Source: the human T2T-CHM13v2.0 reference genome, Homo sapiens
Length of the DNA stretch: 64,000 bases
NCBI RefSeq assembly: GCF_009914755.1
Contig: NC_060930.1
Strand: one strand, 5' to 3'
The position numbers and the translations under genes were made by a program. Below, in pieces: positions 41,042 to 57,905 of the stretch. The first letter of the stretch is position 1. The number at the start of each line of letters is the position of its first letter. The notes under the pieces were generated by a model. It worked only from the letters and a program-made list of their open reading frames with translations. It made no database searches and was not told the DNA's origin.

Positions 41042-42524
41042 ACAGTTGTGTGGCAGGTTGTTCTGATGCTCTGTGGACTCCCCTGCTTGGGGAGTGGAGA
41101 GCATGTGGCCATTTAAAAAAAAATCTGGTTTTCAGGGCATAGGAAAGCTTTGTATCCATTACTACCTAATCAGGAAGGCTTGCAATTCTGACGGCAAATG
41201 AACAGTCCTCTGAGGGTGCTTGGGCATGAGGACAGACACCTCAGAGAATCCAGGAGTGCAATGCATGGCTCCTCTCCCCAGTGGGGCTCAGCAGGGGGTA
41301 TTGTCACACCTTCCCAATTTGGAGAGGGATATAAGCCCAAGGAAATTCTCAGGCAATGCACAATGGAGTCTCTGTTACCTGGATTTCAGTTACTAAAGCC
41401 TCATGTGAAGTGAAGCACTGAGAAAACCTCTCCACTACCTCTGAGAAAGAGTAGCATGCAACAGTGAGTAATGAGGAACCATAGCTTTACATTTCAGGGC
41501 ACTTTCTAGTTAACCAAGTGTCTTCACACGCATTGACTCATTTCATCCTGACAATGAAAGGATCAGTCACATAACAGAGAAGTTTTGCCCCACTGTGCCT
41601 CTACTTGACTCGCTGGAAATCGTTAGTCTTTCTAGACTTTTAAGCCCTCCACCACTACAGAAGACAGCGGAAAAGCAGAGGAAAGACAGGGAGTTAGTTC
41701 AGGGACTTGGCAGCCCCTCTCAAATGAAGATCATTAAGCAGTGGGCACATAATTTGACTATGACATGGGCATTCGACTTGTGTTTCTGTCACAACCAACA
41801 CACAGCTGCCTCCCCCTTTCTAGATCCATTGCACGGATCCATGCTTGGAGAGCCACACCCCTGGATTGCTCCTGCCCCAGCTCTGCACACACCCACCCAT
41901 CCTCTACATTGCAGCCCGACTCATCTTCCTAAGCACCATTCTCATCGTGGCAGTGCTCATGAAACGCTTTCTAGTGCCTAAGTACAAGCTCCTAGGCCCA
42001 TCGTTGATGGACCCCTGAAGACTGGTCCCACCCTACCAATTCCTACTTTAGTCAAAAGTGCATTTCCAAGTTGCTTCCACCCTGGCTGGAATGTCCTTCC
42101 TTCTCTCTGCCACAAATCAAAATTCTACACACAAGGCCAGTTAGATGTTATAGCCTCCATGAAAATGTCATTGACACCTCCATGGACAAAGGCTTTCCAT
42201 ACCCCTGAATTTCAGTAGGTATTTTATGGCTCAGCACAGCTGTCTTCAAACAAGGCACCACACCTAGTCCTCTGGGCCTGAGACTTTCCAAAGGGGCCCA
42301 CAGACAAGGATATTTTGAAGGAAAGCAACATGCAGATCTTCAAATTCAATATCTGCTTTTTATTAAACACCCATTTCCCTTTCACAGTGGCTTCTATTCC
42401 ACTTACAAAAGAGAAGCGTCCCTCTCCTGCATTTCCAGTCTTTCTGGGATGCCTTGCTCTGGGGTTTAAAAAACCCTCCTGGACACCAAATAAAAGAAAA
42501 ATGGAAAATATTGGTGTAGGTATA

Positions 42525-42947
42525 AGGGAGTGAGTGGCTCTAAGTTTACCTTAACAAAGGACCACAAGTGGCAGGGCTTAAACAACAGAAACCTATGGTC
42601 TCGCAGTTCTGAGGCCAGAAGTCCAAAATCAAGGTGTTGGCAGAGTTGGTTCCTTATGAGGCCCCTGAGGAAGACGCTGTACCAGGCCTCTCTCCTTGGC
42701 TGGTAGATGGCCATCTTCCTCCTGTGTCTCTGCACATCATCTTCCCTCTAGATGTGTCTGTCCCTATGTTCAAATTTCCTCTTTTTATAAGAACACCAGT
42801 CATAGTGGATTAGGGCCTACCCTAATCACCCCATCTTAACCAATTATATCTACGATGACCCTATTTCCAAATACAGGCCCATTCTGAGGTACTAGGGGTT
42901 AGGACATCAACATATGCATACGTAGGAACAAAGTTCAGTCCTTCACA
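42525..42947 (-). mobile_element. MLT1B solo LTR
   Basis: ggcttaaacaacagaaa...gaagtccaaaatcaaggtgttggcag...attctgaggtactaggggttaggac. Confidence 0.88.
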
Positions 42948-43308
42948 GACTAGGTAACAAAGGCTTTGCAAACCATACAGTTTCCAATATTTTGATTTCA
43001 ACAAAACTGAAGGAGGATCTAGTAGAGTTGTCAGCTGACAGATCATTAGAAAATCATCTCTGATCATACATTACCATGTGATTTGGGGCAAATAAGTCAG
43101 AAAAGATTATTTGCCCCAAAAGACAAAAATTGAAAGACAATTTTTGACTTATTTGCCCCAAAAGACAAAACTTGAAAGACATTTTTACAACAAAACTTTT
43201 TCCATTCCCCTCTCCTTATTTATAAGAACAAGGATTTCTCATCTCTAAGAAATGAGAAATAGAAATAGAAATAGCATTAATGCCACACACTGTCATCCTA
43301 GCAATCTA

Positions 43309-43458
<150 letters not shown>

Positions 43459-44131
43459 ATGCAAACTTCCAATAAAACTTTACTTTTCATGTTAGCATTT
43501 ATAAAATTTGATATTCATTTAGGTTGTTTGGATCAGTTGTGTAACACTAGTCATTGCAATGAGAACTCAATTCAGAGAACTCTTAGAGCCTATGGTCACA
43601 AGAATTTCAAAGTGTATAAATTTTAGTTTGTATACATATGTTTGATAGATAAAAGTACAACGAGATATTCAGTAAAAGACTTTCTATCATTATATTACAT
43701 TAGCATAAAATTCTGAAGGGGAAGTAGAATGGAAATAAAATTTCAAAGAGAAAATGGAATACAATTTTTGCTTGCTGAAGATGAACTGGCATGTGTATTT
43801 CTTAAATGGATGATGGTGGGTAACAAACTGTGATGGGATGTGAATTCCATTGAGATGCATTTAAAAGAGTGATGTCACAGTTTTCTTTTAAAATGTCAAC
43901 ATTTACAATATGCTAGAATTCACATGTTTATAACTATTCAAATGTATGATAAAATTATAGGTATCGATTTAAAAATATGCAAAGAAGAGCATTGTTTTCT
44001 AAACTATTTTAGGGTTCTTGAGCAAAAACTTTAAAGACTAATTCAGCATACAGTGACAAATTTTGTATTGTTCTTTAGTTGTCTGAGTGCCTCGGGGTAT
44101 GTTAATCCAGGGAGATTAACTGAGTTTTGTC

Positions 44132-44427
44132 TTTTTTTTTTTTTTTTTTTTTTTTGAGACAGAGTCTCACTCTGTAGCCCAAGCTGGAGTGCAGTGGCAT
44201 GATCTTGGCTCACAGCAACCTCCACCTCCAGGGCTCAAGCGATTCTTGTGCCTCATGTAGCTGGGACTACAGGCGCGTGGCACCACGCCCAGCTCATTTT
44301 TTGTATTTTAGTAGAGACAGGGTTTCACCATGTTGCCTAGGGTGGTCTTGAACTCCTGAGCTCAGGCGATCTGCCCGCCTCAGTCTCCCAAAGTGCTGGG
44401 AATACAGGCGTGAGCCACCTCGCTCAG
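44132..44427 (-). mobile_element. Alu (Sz/Jb-like)
   Basis: TSD tgag(c)ttttgtctt on both sides. Confidence 0.92.
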
Positions 44428-44558
44428 TGAGCTTTTGTCTTGACTAAGCATTGTCACCATTTTCACCCACAAGTGGAATGATGGGATTGGATGCAAGCTT
44501 GAAATCTTTGATTCCCTTCAGAGAGGGAGCATGGTGGCAATGAAAAGTACATGGTCTC

Positions 44559-45596
44559 AAAACCACAGTGAGATACTACTTCACACCCATTGGGATGGCT
44601 ATTATTAGAGAGAGAGAGAAGAAAATAAGTGTTGGCACAAATGTGGAAAACTGGAACCCTGGTTCCAGTCCCTGGTGCAATACTGGTGGAAATGGAAAAC
44701 AGTGTACCCACCGGGGAAAGCACTATGATGATTCCTCAAAAAACTGAAAGTAGCACTACCATAGGATCCAGCAATCCCACTTCTGGGTATATATACCCCA
44801 AATAATTGAAAGCAGGGCCATGAAGAGATATTTGTACACCCATGTTGATAGCAACATTATTCACAATAGCCAAAAGGGGGAAACAACCCATATGCCCATG
44901 GCAGATGAATAAACAGATAAATGGTGGAATATCCATACAATGGAATATGATTCAGCCTTAAAGAGGAATGAAATTCGCATACATGCTACAATATGGATGA
45001 GCCTTGAAGGCAATATGCTAAGTGAAATAAGCCAGCCACAGAAGGACAAATACTGTGGGATGTCACTTATATCTAGAATAGTCAAACTCATAAAGACAGA
45101 AAGTAGAGTGCTGGTTACCAGGGACTAGGGAGATGGGAGGAGAATGAGAAGTTATTATTTTACAGATTCAGAGTTTCAGTTATGCAAGATGAAAAAGTTT
45201 TGGAGATGAAACCAAGTGAGGTAGCATGCATCTGTAGTCCCACCCACTCAAGAGGCTGAGGCAGGAGGATTGCTTGAGCCCAAGAGTCTGAGACCAGTCT
45301 GGGCAACATAGTCAGACCCTGTCTACACAAAAAATAAAAATTAGTTGCGTGTGGTGGTGCACTCCAGTAATCCTCACTACTCAGGAGGCTGAGGCAGGAG
45401 GATGACTTGATCTCAGGAGTTCGAGGCTAGCCTGGACAACATGGCAAGACTCCATATATTTAAAAACAAAATGTTCTGGAGGATAGTGGGGTGGTTGCAC
45501 AACAATGTGAATGTACTTAATGCTACCAACTTTATACTGAAATATGGTTAAGAGGGTAAATTTCACTTATGTATATTTTATCACAATTTTTTAAAG
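44559..45596 (+). mobile_element. L1MB-type 3' portion
   Basis: aaaaccacagtgagatactacttcacaccc...gagtttcagttatgcaagatgaaaaagtt...tatattttatcacaat. Confidence 0.85.
45210..45467 (+). mobile_element. Dimer of two FLAM-like Alu monomers within the L1MB
   Basis: Both monomers lack the right-arm insert; degenerate TSD aaaaagttttggagatg/aaaatgttctggaggat. Confidence 0.7.
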
Positions 45597-45604
45597 GATA
45601 TGGT

Positions 45605-45750
45605 CTTTGCATTTGGAGAGATCTAGTCTCAAATCCAACATCTCCTAGGTATGACCTTGAACAGGTTGCCTAAACTCCATGAGCCTCAGTTTCCTCCTGT
45701 CTAATGGGAATAAAAACACCTAACTTAGAGGATTTTTATAAGAATGAAAA
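45605..45750 (+). mobile_element. MIR
   Basis: tgaccttgaacaggttgcctaaactccatgagcctcagtttcctc. Confidence 0.8.
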
Positions 45751-45762
45751 CATAAACAGATC

Positions 45763-46831
<1,069 letters not shown>

Positions 46832-49800
46832 CTTTATAGCATTGATCATTCCCTGAAATGATCGTGCATACTCATTTGCTTATAAGTACTAGAATGTTTC
46901 CCAAAGGCAGGGACTTGCTCTGCCTTCTGCCCTATGGTTCTCCCAGCAACTAGAATCCCTGGCACATACTAGGCACTCCAGAAACATTTGTGGAAAGAAT
47001 TAATGAATTAGAGCTAATGCACACTGAGCATATAACTCAGTGTATACCATATGTCAGGGCCTCACAGATAGTACATTATTATTTTATTATATTTCTTGTC
47101 TGTCCAATTCAGACAGAGAATGTCAGACAAGGTCCTTTTTTTGTATCCCTTTCTATAGCACCAGGCACAGAAGCCCTCCATAAATACTTCTTAACTAGAC
47201 TTAATATGTTCTAAAGCCAATGGTGAGATAGAACTGAGATTATTTTTTTCGTGGCTGGCTATCAGTTCTATTTCATTTGAATGGCCAAGATTCTCTCACA
47301 GCACATCAGGTCTCTATTAAAATTAATTATGATCAGACTCTATCCATCCATCACTTAGGGAGAAAAGATGACAGAGGTGTCCCTCCAAAGTCATCCTGGC
47401 CACTCCTGGAGGTGGAAGATTGCTCTGGGGCCCAATGTGACGTGTCTTCACTCTAATCATCAAATATTTTTAAATATTACTCAATAATCTCTAAGAAACT
47501 ACAAAAAGGGAGGTCATCAATGTGAGTTCTGCCCCCAAAATCACTTAAAGTCCAAACTTGGCAGAGAAGAGAGGCCCCATCACTCTGCACCTGTTCCCTA
47601 GCCAGTTCTCACGGCCCAGGGCAATTTCCCCTTTCACTTCCCCTCAAGGGGAATGTACCGCCAAGCACTCCTACCTGGTTTGACATCCCATGTTCATGGC
47701 TGGATAATGACAGAGCCCTTCATGAATTCTATGGCATGCAGTATCTTCTGCTCTGCCATGTTCAGGGAGGAGAGAATACACATGCACAGCTGAAATCCCC
47801 TAGACAGTTACCATGTATCTATCTCCGTTCAGTGAAACAAGCCTGCAGAATGCTGTGAGCATTCTTTGTTCTTCTTCCTTTTTTGCAGATGTAAGAAAAC
47901 CTAAGAAAGGGAAGCCATGTCCCTACCAGTAGGAACGCTTTCAAAGGAAGGGAAGGATGTGACAGCTGGGTGCCAGGCATGGTCCTAGAGAAACTGACAT
48001 CCATTTTGTACTTTAATCCACATCAGGACACTTCAAGGTAGCTGATATTGTCTTCAATTTGCAGATGAGGAAAGAGATTAAAGAAATTAAGTGATATACG
48101 TTGGGTCATGTGGATGATAAATCATACACCAGGATTTGAAGTAAGCTTCCTCTGATTCCAGAATGTCTTCTAAGAATCTGCTACACTGCAACGTGCCTTT
48201 GGGCTGGTTAGTTACTCCCTTGAGTCCAAGCTTGGTTATCTTCCTTAATAGCTCCCTCTCTGCCCTGGATCCTATTTTTAAAAAACAACAGCTATAAAAA
48301 GTTACCCTACCAGATTAAAAAAGTCACCAATCTACAACAATTAAAACAGAACGGTGAGCAGTAAAACAGCAGTTCAAATATAAACTCAGGTGTGTGATAA
48401 AAGGAGCATTTCAGATCAATGGAGGACAAGAAGATTGTTCTATAAATGGTATTGGAAAACCTGGTTAGTGAAACAATTAGTAGATGCCCAATAAGTGTTT
48501 GTAATTTGTTTTACTGTAAAATTAAATGAGATAACACATGTTCTCCAGCTTCCGCAGTGACTGCTAAGAAAAGAGAGTCAGTGTAACTTTTTGAGGTCTG
48601 GACTTCCTAAGTCTCTCATCTAGATAGCACCCAGACCTTCATTCCTTAAAAAAATCTCCTACAATACTTTCAAATTTACAAAGTGCTTTCACTACCCCAT
48701 TAGTGCAGGGCAGGTGTTCTTATTCTCACTTTCTATATATGGACACTGAGACTCAAGAGAGGTTACAATCGCAGCTGGCGTGGCCGTGTGAAACTTAAAG
48801 ACGGCTTCCTGGTTCCTCGTGCCATGGTCTTAACACTAAACTCTCTATATATAGTCTCTCCCCACCCCCACCCTCATGTTCACACCACAAAATTTAACAA
48901 TGGAAAACAAATAACATCAATACTTTACCAAGAGCACAGTAACTAGGTTAATTTCTATGTAATCCCAATCAGTCTTTGCCCATAGCACACATTTTACAAC
49001 ATTATCGTCATAGTTTAATTACAATTTAGTGGCCCATTTTCCCACTTAACAATGCTGTTTACAGTTTTGTAGCAAATGACTGATGTGCATCTTTCCTGTC
49101 TCTTGCACACTTCTCTTCTTTAAAGTCATCCATGTAAATCTCCATCTCTAATCCAATTGCTCTTAAATGAATTTCGTTCACTTGAGTGACTGCATTCAGT
49201 TGTGTTCCCCTTTACAGGCAGTCATTTATCGCTCTTCCCCCAGCAAGAAGTCCTGTTTCTTTTCCCAATCCATAGGTGACTTTAAATGTTGTTTGGTTTC
49301 CTGGGCTTTCAGGATTTCTCTCCTGCAGGTGAACCGCCAGGAGCTCTTCTTCTGCAGGTTCCTGCCTAGGTGTGAGCAGCATAAGGAACTGTCTCTTGCC
49401 TTCTTGGAGTTTATGACTATGGCACTCCTGTTAAGGAATCACTCCTCACTCCTTTTTTAACCTGTGGCTTTCCAATTTCACTTCCCCAGGCCAGTCATCA
49501 CTAAAACCATGACTCACCCCCATGGTTTCCTCTCTGGCAAGGGAGAAATTTCAAACCTGAACATTTTCATCACCGTTATGTATACAGTATGATTCACGGA
49601 GACTCTATTAGCGTATTAAGTAAGTCATTATTTTCAATCGTCTACACTGTATGTTAAAAAACAGAGGCATTTTACTGCATACTTAATGTTCTATTCCCCC
49701 CATTTAGTAGATGGAAATGGCCTCATAGAAACATATCTGACTCAACCAGTCTCTGTTTGGAAACAATATAGAAAGAGACACAGAAAAGATACATTTTTTG

Positions 49801-51459
49801 GTCAGTGCCTGTCTTAAATGCTCCATAAGGTCAAGTTCAGTCAACTTGAAATAAGGAGTTATGGGGTCTTAACAAAGTAGCGCTCAAATAGTCTGTCAAT
49901 AAATATCTATTGAATGTCAGCACCCAACTCTGTAGAGATGGCTGAAGGGAAATGCTGCTAAAAGCCACCTTGTCTGACAAACACATACACTGGCAAAATC
50001 TGCCAAAAGAGGGTGACATAAAATGAAGGTTGTAATGTTTTTAAAAGGTTGCTTTTGATCAGGCTATAACTGTAAAGTGCTTTCACTTAATTAAAATAGA
50101 GATGATAAAGCTACAGAAGAACAATAATAGTAATTGGGAAAGATACTGTTGTGATTGGTTTTGCTTTCAAGCATCTCCTTGTAAGAGTTTTATGCAAGGG
50201 GAGGGGCAAGAATCATTTTTCCTAAGAACTTATTTAATCTATTGATAAGTCTCATAATTTTCTTTTCCATCATTAAGGAGCTTTTCCTGGAGAAAAAGAA
50301 GTCCAAATTTCATTTTGGGAGGAAAGAAAGAAAATTTTTAAAAATTATGATTTAGCACGTCTTAGGCTGGGTGTAACTTTTCATGACTCAGCTAACAGGT
50401 TAGGAATGGCCAAGCATGGTTGAATATTCTGCTTTTGTGAGGCGTGGGCATTGCCAATAGTTGAAAGTTATGGTAGCTGTAATTCAGAAGCGGGAATAGA
50501 AGTGTCAACCTGAGAAAAATGTAGCACTAAAGTAACAAGCCAAATTGCTGGCATTGTCAGTAGCTGTGATTTCACTGTATTGATTGTCCCCTGTGAAATG
50601 TGAGGCTCTTTATTTGAATCATTTGTATGGGTGTCATATTGGGTTAATTGCAAAGCAATTGGATTTAATAATAATATAATGGTGTATCCATGTACATCGA
50701 TTGCTAGAATTGTGAGATGTGAATTGCACTTGATCATGAGGTCGGGCTTCCCGATGCTACAGGATGAGCAAGTCCCAGGCTAATCGTGTAAATTTAAGCT
50801 GCCTAGGGTGAGCTTTAACTTATATGCCAGTTTGGATTGTTATTGCAAATGCTTTATAGGCCTGGAACATGACTGGTTATAAATGGGATGGCCTTGAACT
50901 TGAATTGTTTTAAAAAGCATAGCTTCATGTTGAGTTAACAGCATGCCGTGAAGATCAGTACCAACATAAACACAGTGAATGAAGGCTTTCTGTTGGCCAT
51001 GCTTTTTTGTAGAATTTCATATTTGCTAAAATTATTTCAGTTGTAGCTAAGTTGCTTAGTCCCATTAAGTAAGAAATGCAAGAAAGATGGTTCTCGAAAT
51101 GGGCAGGAATTCCCTGAACAGCATGGTCTCATGCCAAATAAACAAATCAATGACCGAGTTAATAATTTCATAATAATTGAAGATAAAACATAGTTATATA
51201 TTTGCACAGTTATTTTTAACGTTTAAAATTGGTGGATATGTTTCACTTTTCCAGTTGAAGGATATTCCTTTCCAAAAGGGATGAAACAAGGGAACAATAG
51301 ATTTTTATGGGAAAATTCCACATCCAAGAGATGAAAGGAAAACTTTAAAAATCAAGACAAATCTGAGGAGGAAAACTTGAGGCTTTAAAGAAAGAAGAAA
51401 AAGGAAGAGGAGGAGGAAGAAGAGAATGAGAAACAGATGAGTTAGAAAATGAGAAGATT

Positions 51460-51748
<289 letters not shown>

Positions 51749-53291
51749 AGAAAATAAGAAGACTGAGTAACCATAAATATTGTCTGGCACAATACAGGCA
51801 CTCAAATGTTTTTGAATATATACTTTGATTAACTAAGTGAAAAAGGTAGTAAAAAGGTGAGTAATAAATCAAAATGTATTGTCTAGACTGTTGAGTCTGA
51901 TGTTTCTAAATAGAAACAACAAATGTTCTCCGTTTAGGCCAAGCTTTGCCACATGAGTTTACACTAAAATATCATTTCCACCAGTTATATTGACTGTGTT
52001 CACTGTTTGAACTAGTCCAATCTCTATAACGCTTTCTTCATATCATTTGACTTCATGATCAAATTAGAGAGGTGACTGGGAGAACGACTAACTTCCACAA
52101 TTCATCCAAAAGCAATACAAAATCACTCACCCAAAGCCAGTACTACTGGGACCAAATGCATCCCATTTCCCTTCTGCTTTGGTGAATCTGACTTTCTTAC
52201 CAACTTAAACAGCATTTTTGGGGGTACTAAGTCAAACATAAAATTAAATATGCCTAATAAGTGTATTTATCTATTAAGACATTAGCTGTATGTATTAGTT
52301 TCCTACAGGTTGGTCTTTCTAAGAGCACAGACCAATGCTAGAAGACGTTTATTAAACATTTTTCCAAAAGCTGTTCGCATGAATGTCTTCAGGGCTGAGT
52401 GGAGCCCCTTTCTAACTGCTAATGAATTATATGACCACGTGTTCAGAGCTGCGCCTGACTGAAGTTGACAGCTGAATCAACTGAAAAGAAACAGCAGCAA
52501 CAGAAGAGAGAGAGAGAAAAGCTACTTTTATCTTTTACACAGATCTTTATTTTAATTTGATATATATGTAGTGATAATATTGCAGACTTAGGAGGACTTC
52601 AGGAATCTAGGAAATTCTAAAAGGGAGGCCTGAGGGAGATGAAACATCCTAACACTGGGAGGGAAATATATGTTTGTGGATAAAGTTCCACTCATGGTAT
52701 TCTGTGGTGTCGGGGGACCACAGGAGTTGGCACCCCCTGTCGTGGCTACAGTTCCAATCTCTAGAGTTCCAATTTCTTGCTGTGATTTTACCATGTAGAT
52801 GCCAGACACTGAATTTTCTTAATCGAAGCAAGACTGCTTAGGTCAAAATAGTAGAATGATGCGAATTTAAGTAGGAGTCAACAAAAGCAAAGCAACATGA
52901 ACACAATGAATCTTACGTTACTATTCAAACATTTAGGTAGCTCCACATAAACTTTCCTGTTTTATAAAAAGTACAGATATTTTTTCAGATATTACTATGA
53001 AATTTGGACCTGATACCCAAGAAAAGTTAAAAATGAAATAACCTTCTCATTCTAAGCATATCCTTCCTCTGAATGATCTGAATGGGCTAATATTATTAAA
53101 TATGTCATATTTATTATGTATTCTATAGGCACCTTTTTCTTTGTTCATAAGCATTTTATTCTTCATCTGGAGAAACAAAAAATTGAAATCCCTATTTGCT
53201 TTCAGTTTCTCCTGCTCTATGGGAGTCCCACCCTCCCTCTTTCTGTGGTATTTCTATGCCCTGCTACTATAACAGCAAAGAAAAACAAGAC

Positions 53292-53946
<655 letters not shown>

Positions 53947-55512
53947 TCACCAAACTTCTCTCCCCTCCAAAACCTGTGCCCTGTGTCCCTGGGCAGACAC
54001 TGGCTGAAAAAAAATGGGACTCAAGGAGGGAGAAGGAGGGAGGGATTACAAAAAGCCAAATGGTACCACAGCACAGGGAATGCTGCTGGGGCTTCTCTTA
54101 GGCTTCAGTTTCTGTCTTATAAAAGATTTGCAGTTTTTATCCTGTCTCGGAACAAACAGAACCACGACTGTTGTTTCACAATCTGTGCAGCTGATTGCAT
54201 AGACTGGTTGCACATTTCTGATTCTATCACATTTCCAGCAATTGTAAATGTTTCTACCGCTGGGACAGGAGGATGTTACATTGGTTTATTATTGGAAGAA
54301 AGGACAATATAACAGGGAGGGATGGCGGGAGACTGGGGGGTGGGAGAAGGCACATACTCACTGCTCTGCGTGATTCGTTGCTTGGCCATCTTCTTCCTGC
54401 TTCCAGGCACTTGTTAATGTTCTTACTGACCATATTTCAAACTCGGAAGAGAGGCACCCACTCTAACAATTATGACCATACTTGTATAACCTGGATTATA
54501 TTTGAAATCAAAACTATCCCAGAAGATCTAGAACATGAGATAGCCCTATTCACAGCATTTCTTCCTCTCCATCCATCTATTAAAATCTACCCCATTGTCT
54601 AGGGACTCATCGGAGCATCCCTCCTTCAAGAAAACTCCTTTAGCTATTCCAATGTAGTGTGACTCTCCTCCTGAACTGGTAGTGTGAAAAATAGTCTTAT
54701 ACTTATTATAATGTTGATTACAACTATTGAGTATATTATGGTATTATATAATCACTTCATCCATATTATTTTTACATTTTCACCACGTAAAGGAAATCAC
54801 ACGTTATTTTTATAAAAGTGCAAAAAGGGAAAGTTTTTTTGAGAAATATATATGTATGCTGTGGCATTAGACAGTGGCTCTAATATTTATGTTTTCATGT
54901 AGTGTATGTAAATGTTGACCATTACTTAAGCACTGTTTAACATAACATGCTATAGTGTTGGAGGTCTTAGTTTCTGAGGCTGTTCATATTTATAAACTAC
55001 TTTGCCTACTCCCATAACCCTCTAAAAGAGATATATCTATATTCAGTTTTCACAATTACATTAATAGATGAAGGCATAGATTAGGAGATAACCTATTTAA
55101 TGATTCTTTTTGTAAGAAGTTTTAAAATCACTAGCCAAGAGAGGAGCATCATCAGTATGGCGCCTAGTGGCTGGGCCACTCTATAGACAGTTATAGTGCC
55201 TCATATTTGATGCCTTGTGTTTTCTTGTCTCCTTGTTTTACTATCTCTATTTTTTGTAATAGAATTATACCCCTTTGATGTTTGAAGGGATCAAGTATCA
55301 TGCCTTCCTTCCTCTACTGCTGCTACCTAGAATGTCCATTGACATTGTCTACATCTGGTCATCTAGTCTTTGCCTCAGCAAATACACGTGATATAGAATA
55401 TTTCTATCAATATTTGAAATGTGAATGTAACATTTCTAATATTGATGTCCACATTGTCAGAAAAGTTTATTCTTACAGTCAACAAAAATTTGATCCATTA
55501 CCTCTAACTTCT

Positions 55513-55818
<306 letters not shown>

Positions 55819-56014
55819 CCATTACCTCCAACTTCTAAACTTTGGTCCTAAATATGCTCTCTGAAGGAATTAAAAAAAAATCTACCCCCAATTTTCCAAG
55901 AAAGCCCTTCATAAATACATAGCTTTTTCACTGTTCCACATGAATATTCTCTTCTCCAAGTCAAAGGGCCTCAATTCTTCCAATGGTTCTTTTAGGCATT
56001 TCAACATTCTTCTC

Positions 56015-56490
56015 TTTCATTCATTCAATCAACTTTTACTGAAGATCCACTATGTTTAAAGCATTGTGCTGCATGCTCTCTATATAATGATGAGCAAAGT
56101 CAGACATGGTTCCCATTCTCATGGAGCTCAGAGACAGGGAAAACATTTATCACATAATCACACTAGTGGATTGATCATTAAAAGCTCAGATAAGGACTCA
56201 CAAGGAAAAGGCCACCATTCTATGCAAGCGTAAGACAAAGGAACCTGCCTCTGAGAATCCAGGAAAGATTTCTCTGATAAAGAGATGATTGAGTTGAGAC
56301 TTGAAGAAATAGCAGAATAAATGGGGAGAAGGGAGGACAGACAAAAGAACAGATAGAGGAAACAGCTTGTTCATGGATGCTGAAAAGAGAGGGTGCGTGG
56401 CATGTTCAAAGCATGAGAGAATAGCATGATTAGGGTACAGAGAATGAGGGATAGAAAGGTGAGAGGTAAAGTTAGAGAGTCCAGCAGAAA
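56015..56490 (-). mobile_element. L2a 3' portion
   Basis: ttcattcattcaatcaacttttactga...agacatggttcccattctcatggagctca. Confidence 0.75.
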
Positions 56491-56503
56491 TAACATTTTG
56501 ACT

Positions 56504-56745
56504 CGAGGTCAGGAGTTCGAGACCAACCTGGCCAACATGGTGAAACCCCGACTCTACTAAAAATACAAATAATTAGCCGGACGTGGTGAGGGGTGCCTGT
56601 AATCCCAGATACTGGGGAGGCTGAGGCAGGAGAATTGCTTGAACCCGGGAGTCAGAGGTTGCGGTGAGCCGAGATTATGCCACTGCACTCTAGGCTGGGT
56701 GACAGAGCGAGACTCTGTCTCAAAAAAAAAAAAAAACAAAAGAAA
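56504..56745 (+). mobile_element. 5'-truncated AluS
   Basis: Begins at cgaggtcaggagttcgagacc. Confidence 0.9.
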
Positions 56746-56996
56746 CCATACGCAATGTAAAAAACAAGGAAAGTAAGAAAAAGAAAACTTTCCACTGATT
56801 AAAAAAAAAAGTACATAGTCTTACTTTCAATTTATAGTAGTTTTATTTTTGGAGGGGAAAGAATACTCCCATCTGGTTTTTCTTAATTTCTGGTTCAGGT
56901 TGCTCTTACAAATATTGTGGCTACATATTTCTAGCTTATTCATTTATAACAGAATCTGACTCTTTTTGTCTTTTTACAGAATTCTTTGTTGGATGA

Positions 56997-57337
<341 letters not shown>

Positions 57338-57564
57338 CAGACCTGGCTTTTTCTGGCTCACCCACATCCGCCACCTCAAACTGTTCCTGCCTCATGCCTC
57401 TGTCTCTGTCCCCTGCCCTTCTCCAATTCATTTTGCACAAGCACCAGCCTGCCAGAATCCTATCCCTAAAATCCTGCTTTCATCATTTCTCTTTTCGAAA
57501 ACTTACAATGGCTCCCTATTTTCAGCACATAAAATGTAATGTTCTGTTTAGAACACACAACAAA

Positions 57565-57699
57565 GCCCCATGCAATGGCTCACAACTGTAATCCCAGCAC
57601 TTTGGAAGGCTGAGGTGGGAGCATCCCTTGAGTCCAAGAGTTTAAGACCAGCCTGGCAACATAGCAAGACCTGGCAACATAGCAAGACCCCATCTCTAC

Positions 57700-57730
<31 letters not shown>

Positions 57731-57905
57731 AGCTGGGCGTGGTAGTGCATGCCTGTAGTCCCAGTGGGCTGAGGAGAGAGAATGGCTTGATCCTGGGAGT
57801 TCAAGGCTGCAGTGAATTACGATCACACCACTGCACTCCAGCCTTCCAGCCTGGGCAACAGAGTAAGGCCCTGTCTCTAAAAAATAAAAATAAATAAATA
57901 AATAA
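57565..57905 (+). mobile_element. AluJ with an internal 18-bp tandem duplication and long A linker
   Basis: cctggcaacatagcaaga twice; ggagttcaaggctgcagtga J diagnostic. Confidence 0.9.

Noticed and set aside
55158-55170. CTCF-like motif tggcgcctagtgg
   Set aside because: Two mismatches at informative core positions; cannot be supported without ChIP data
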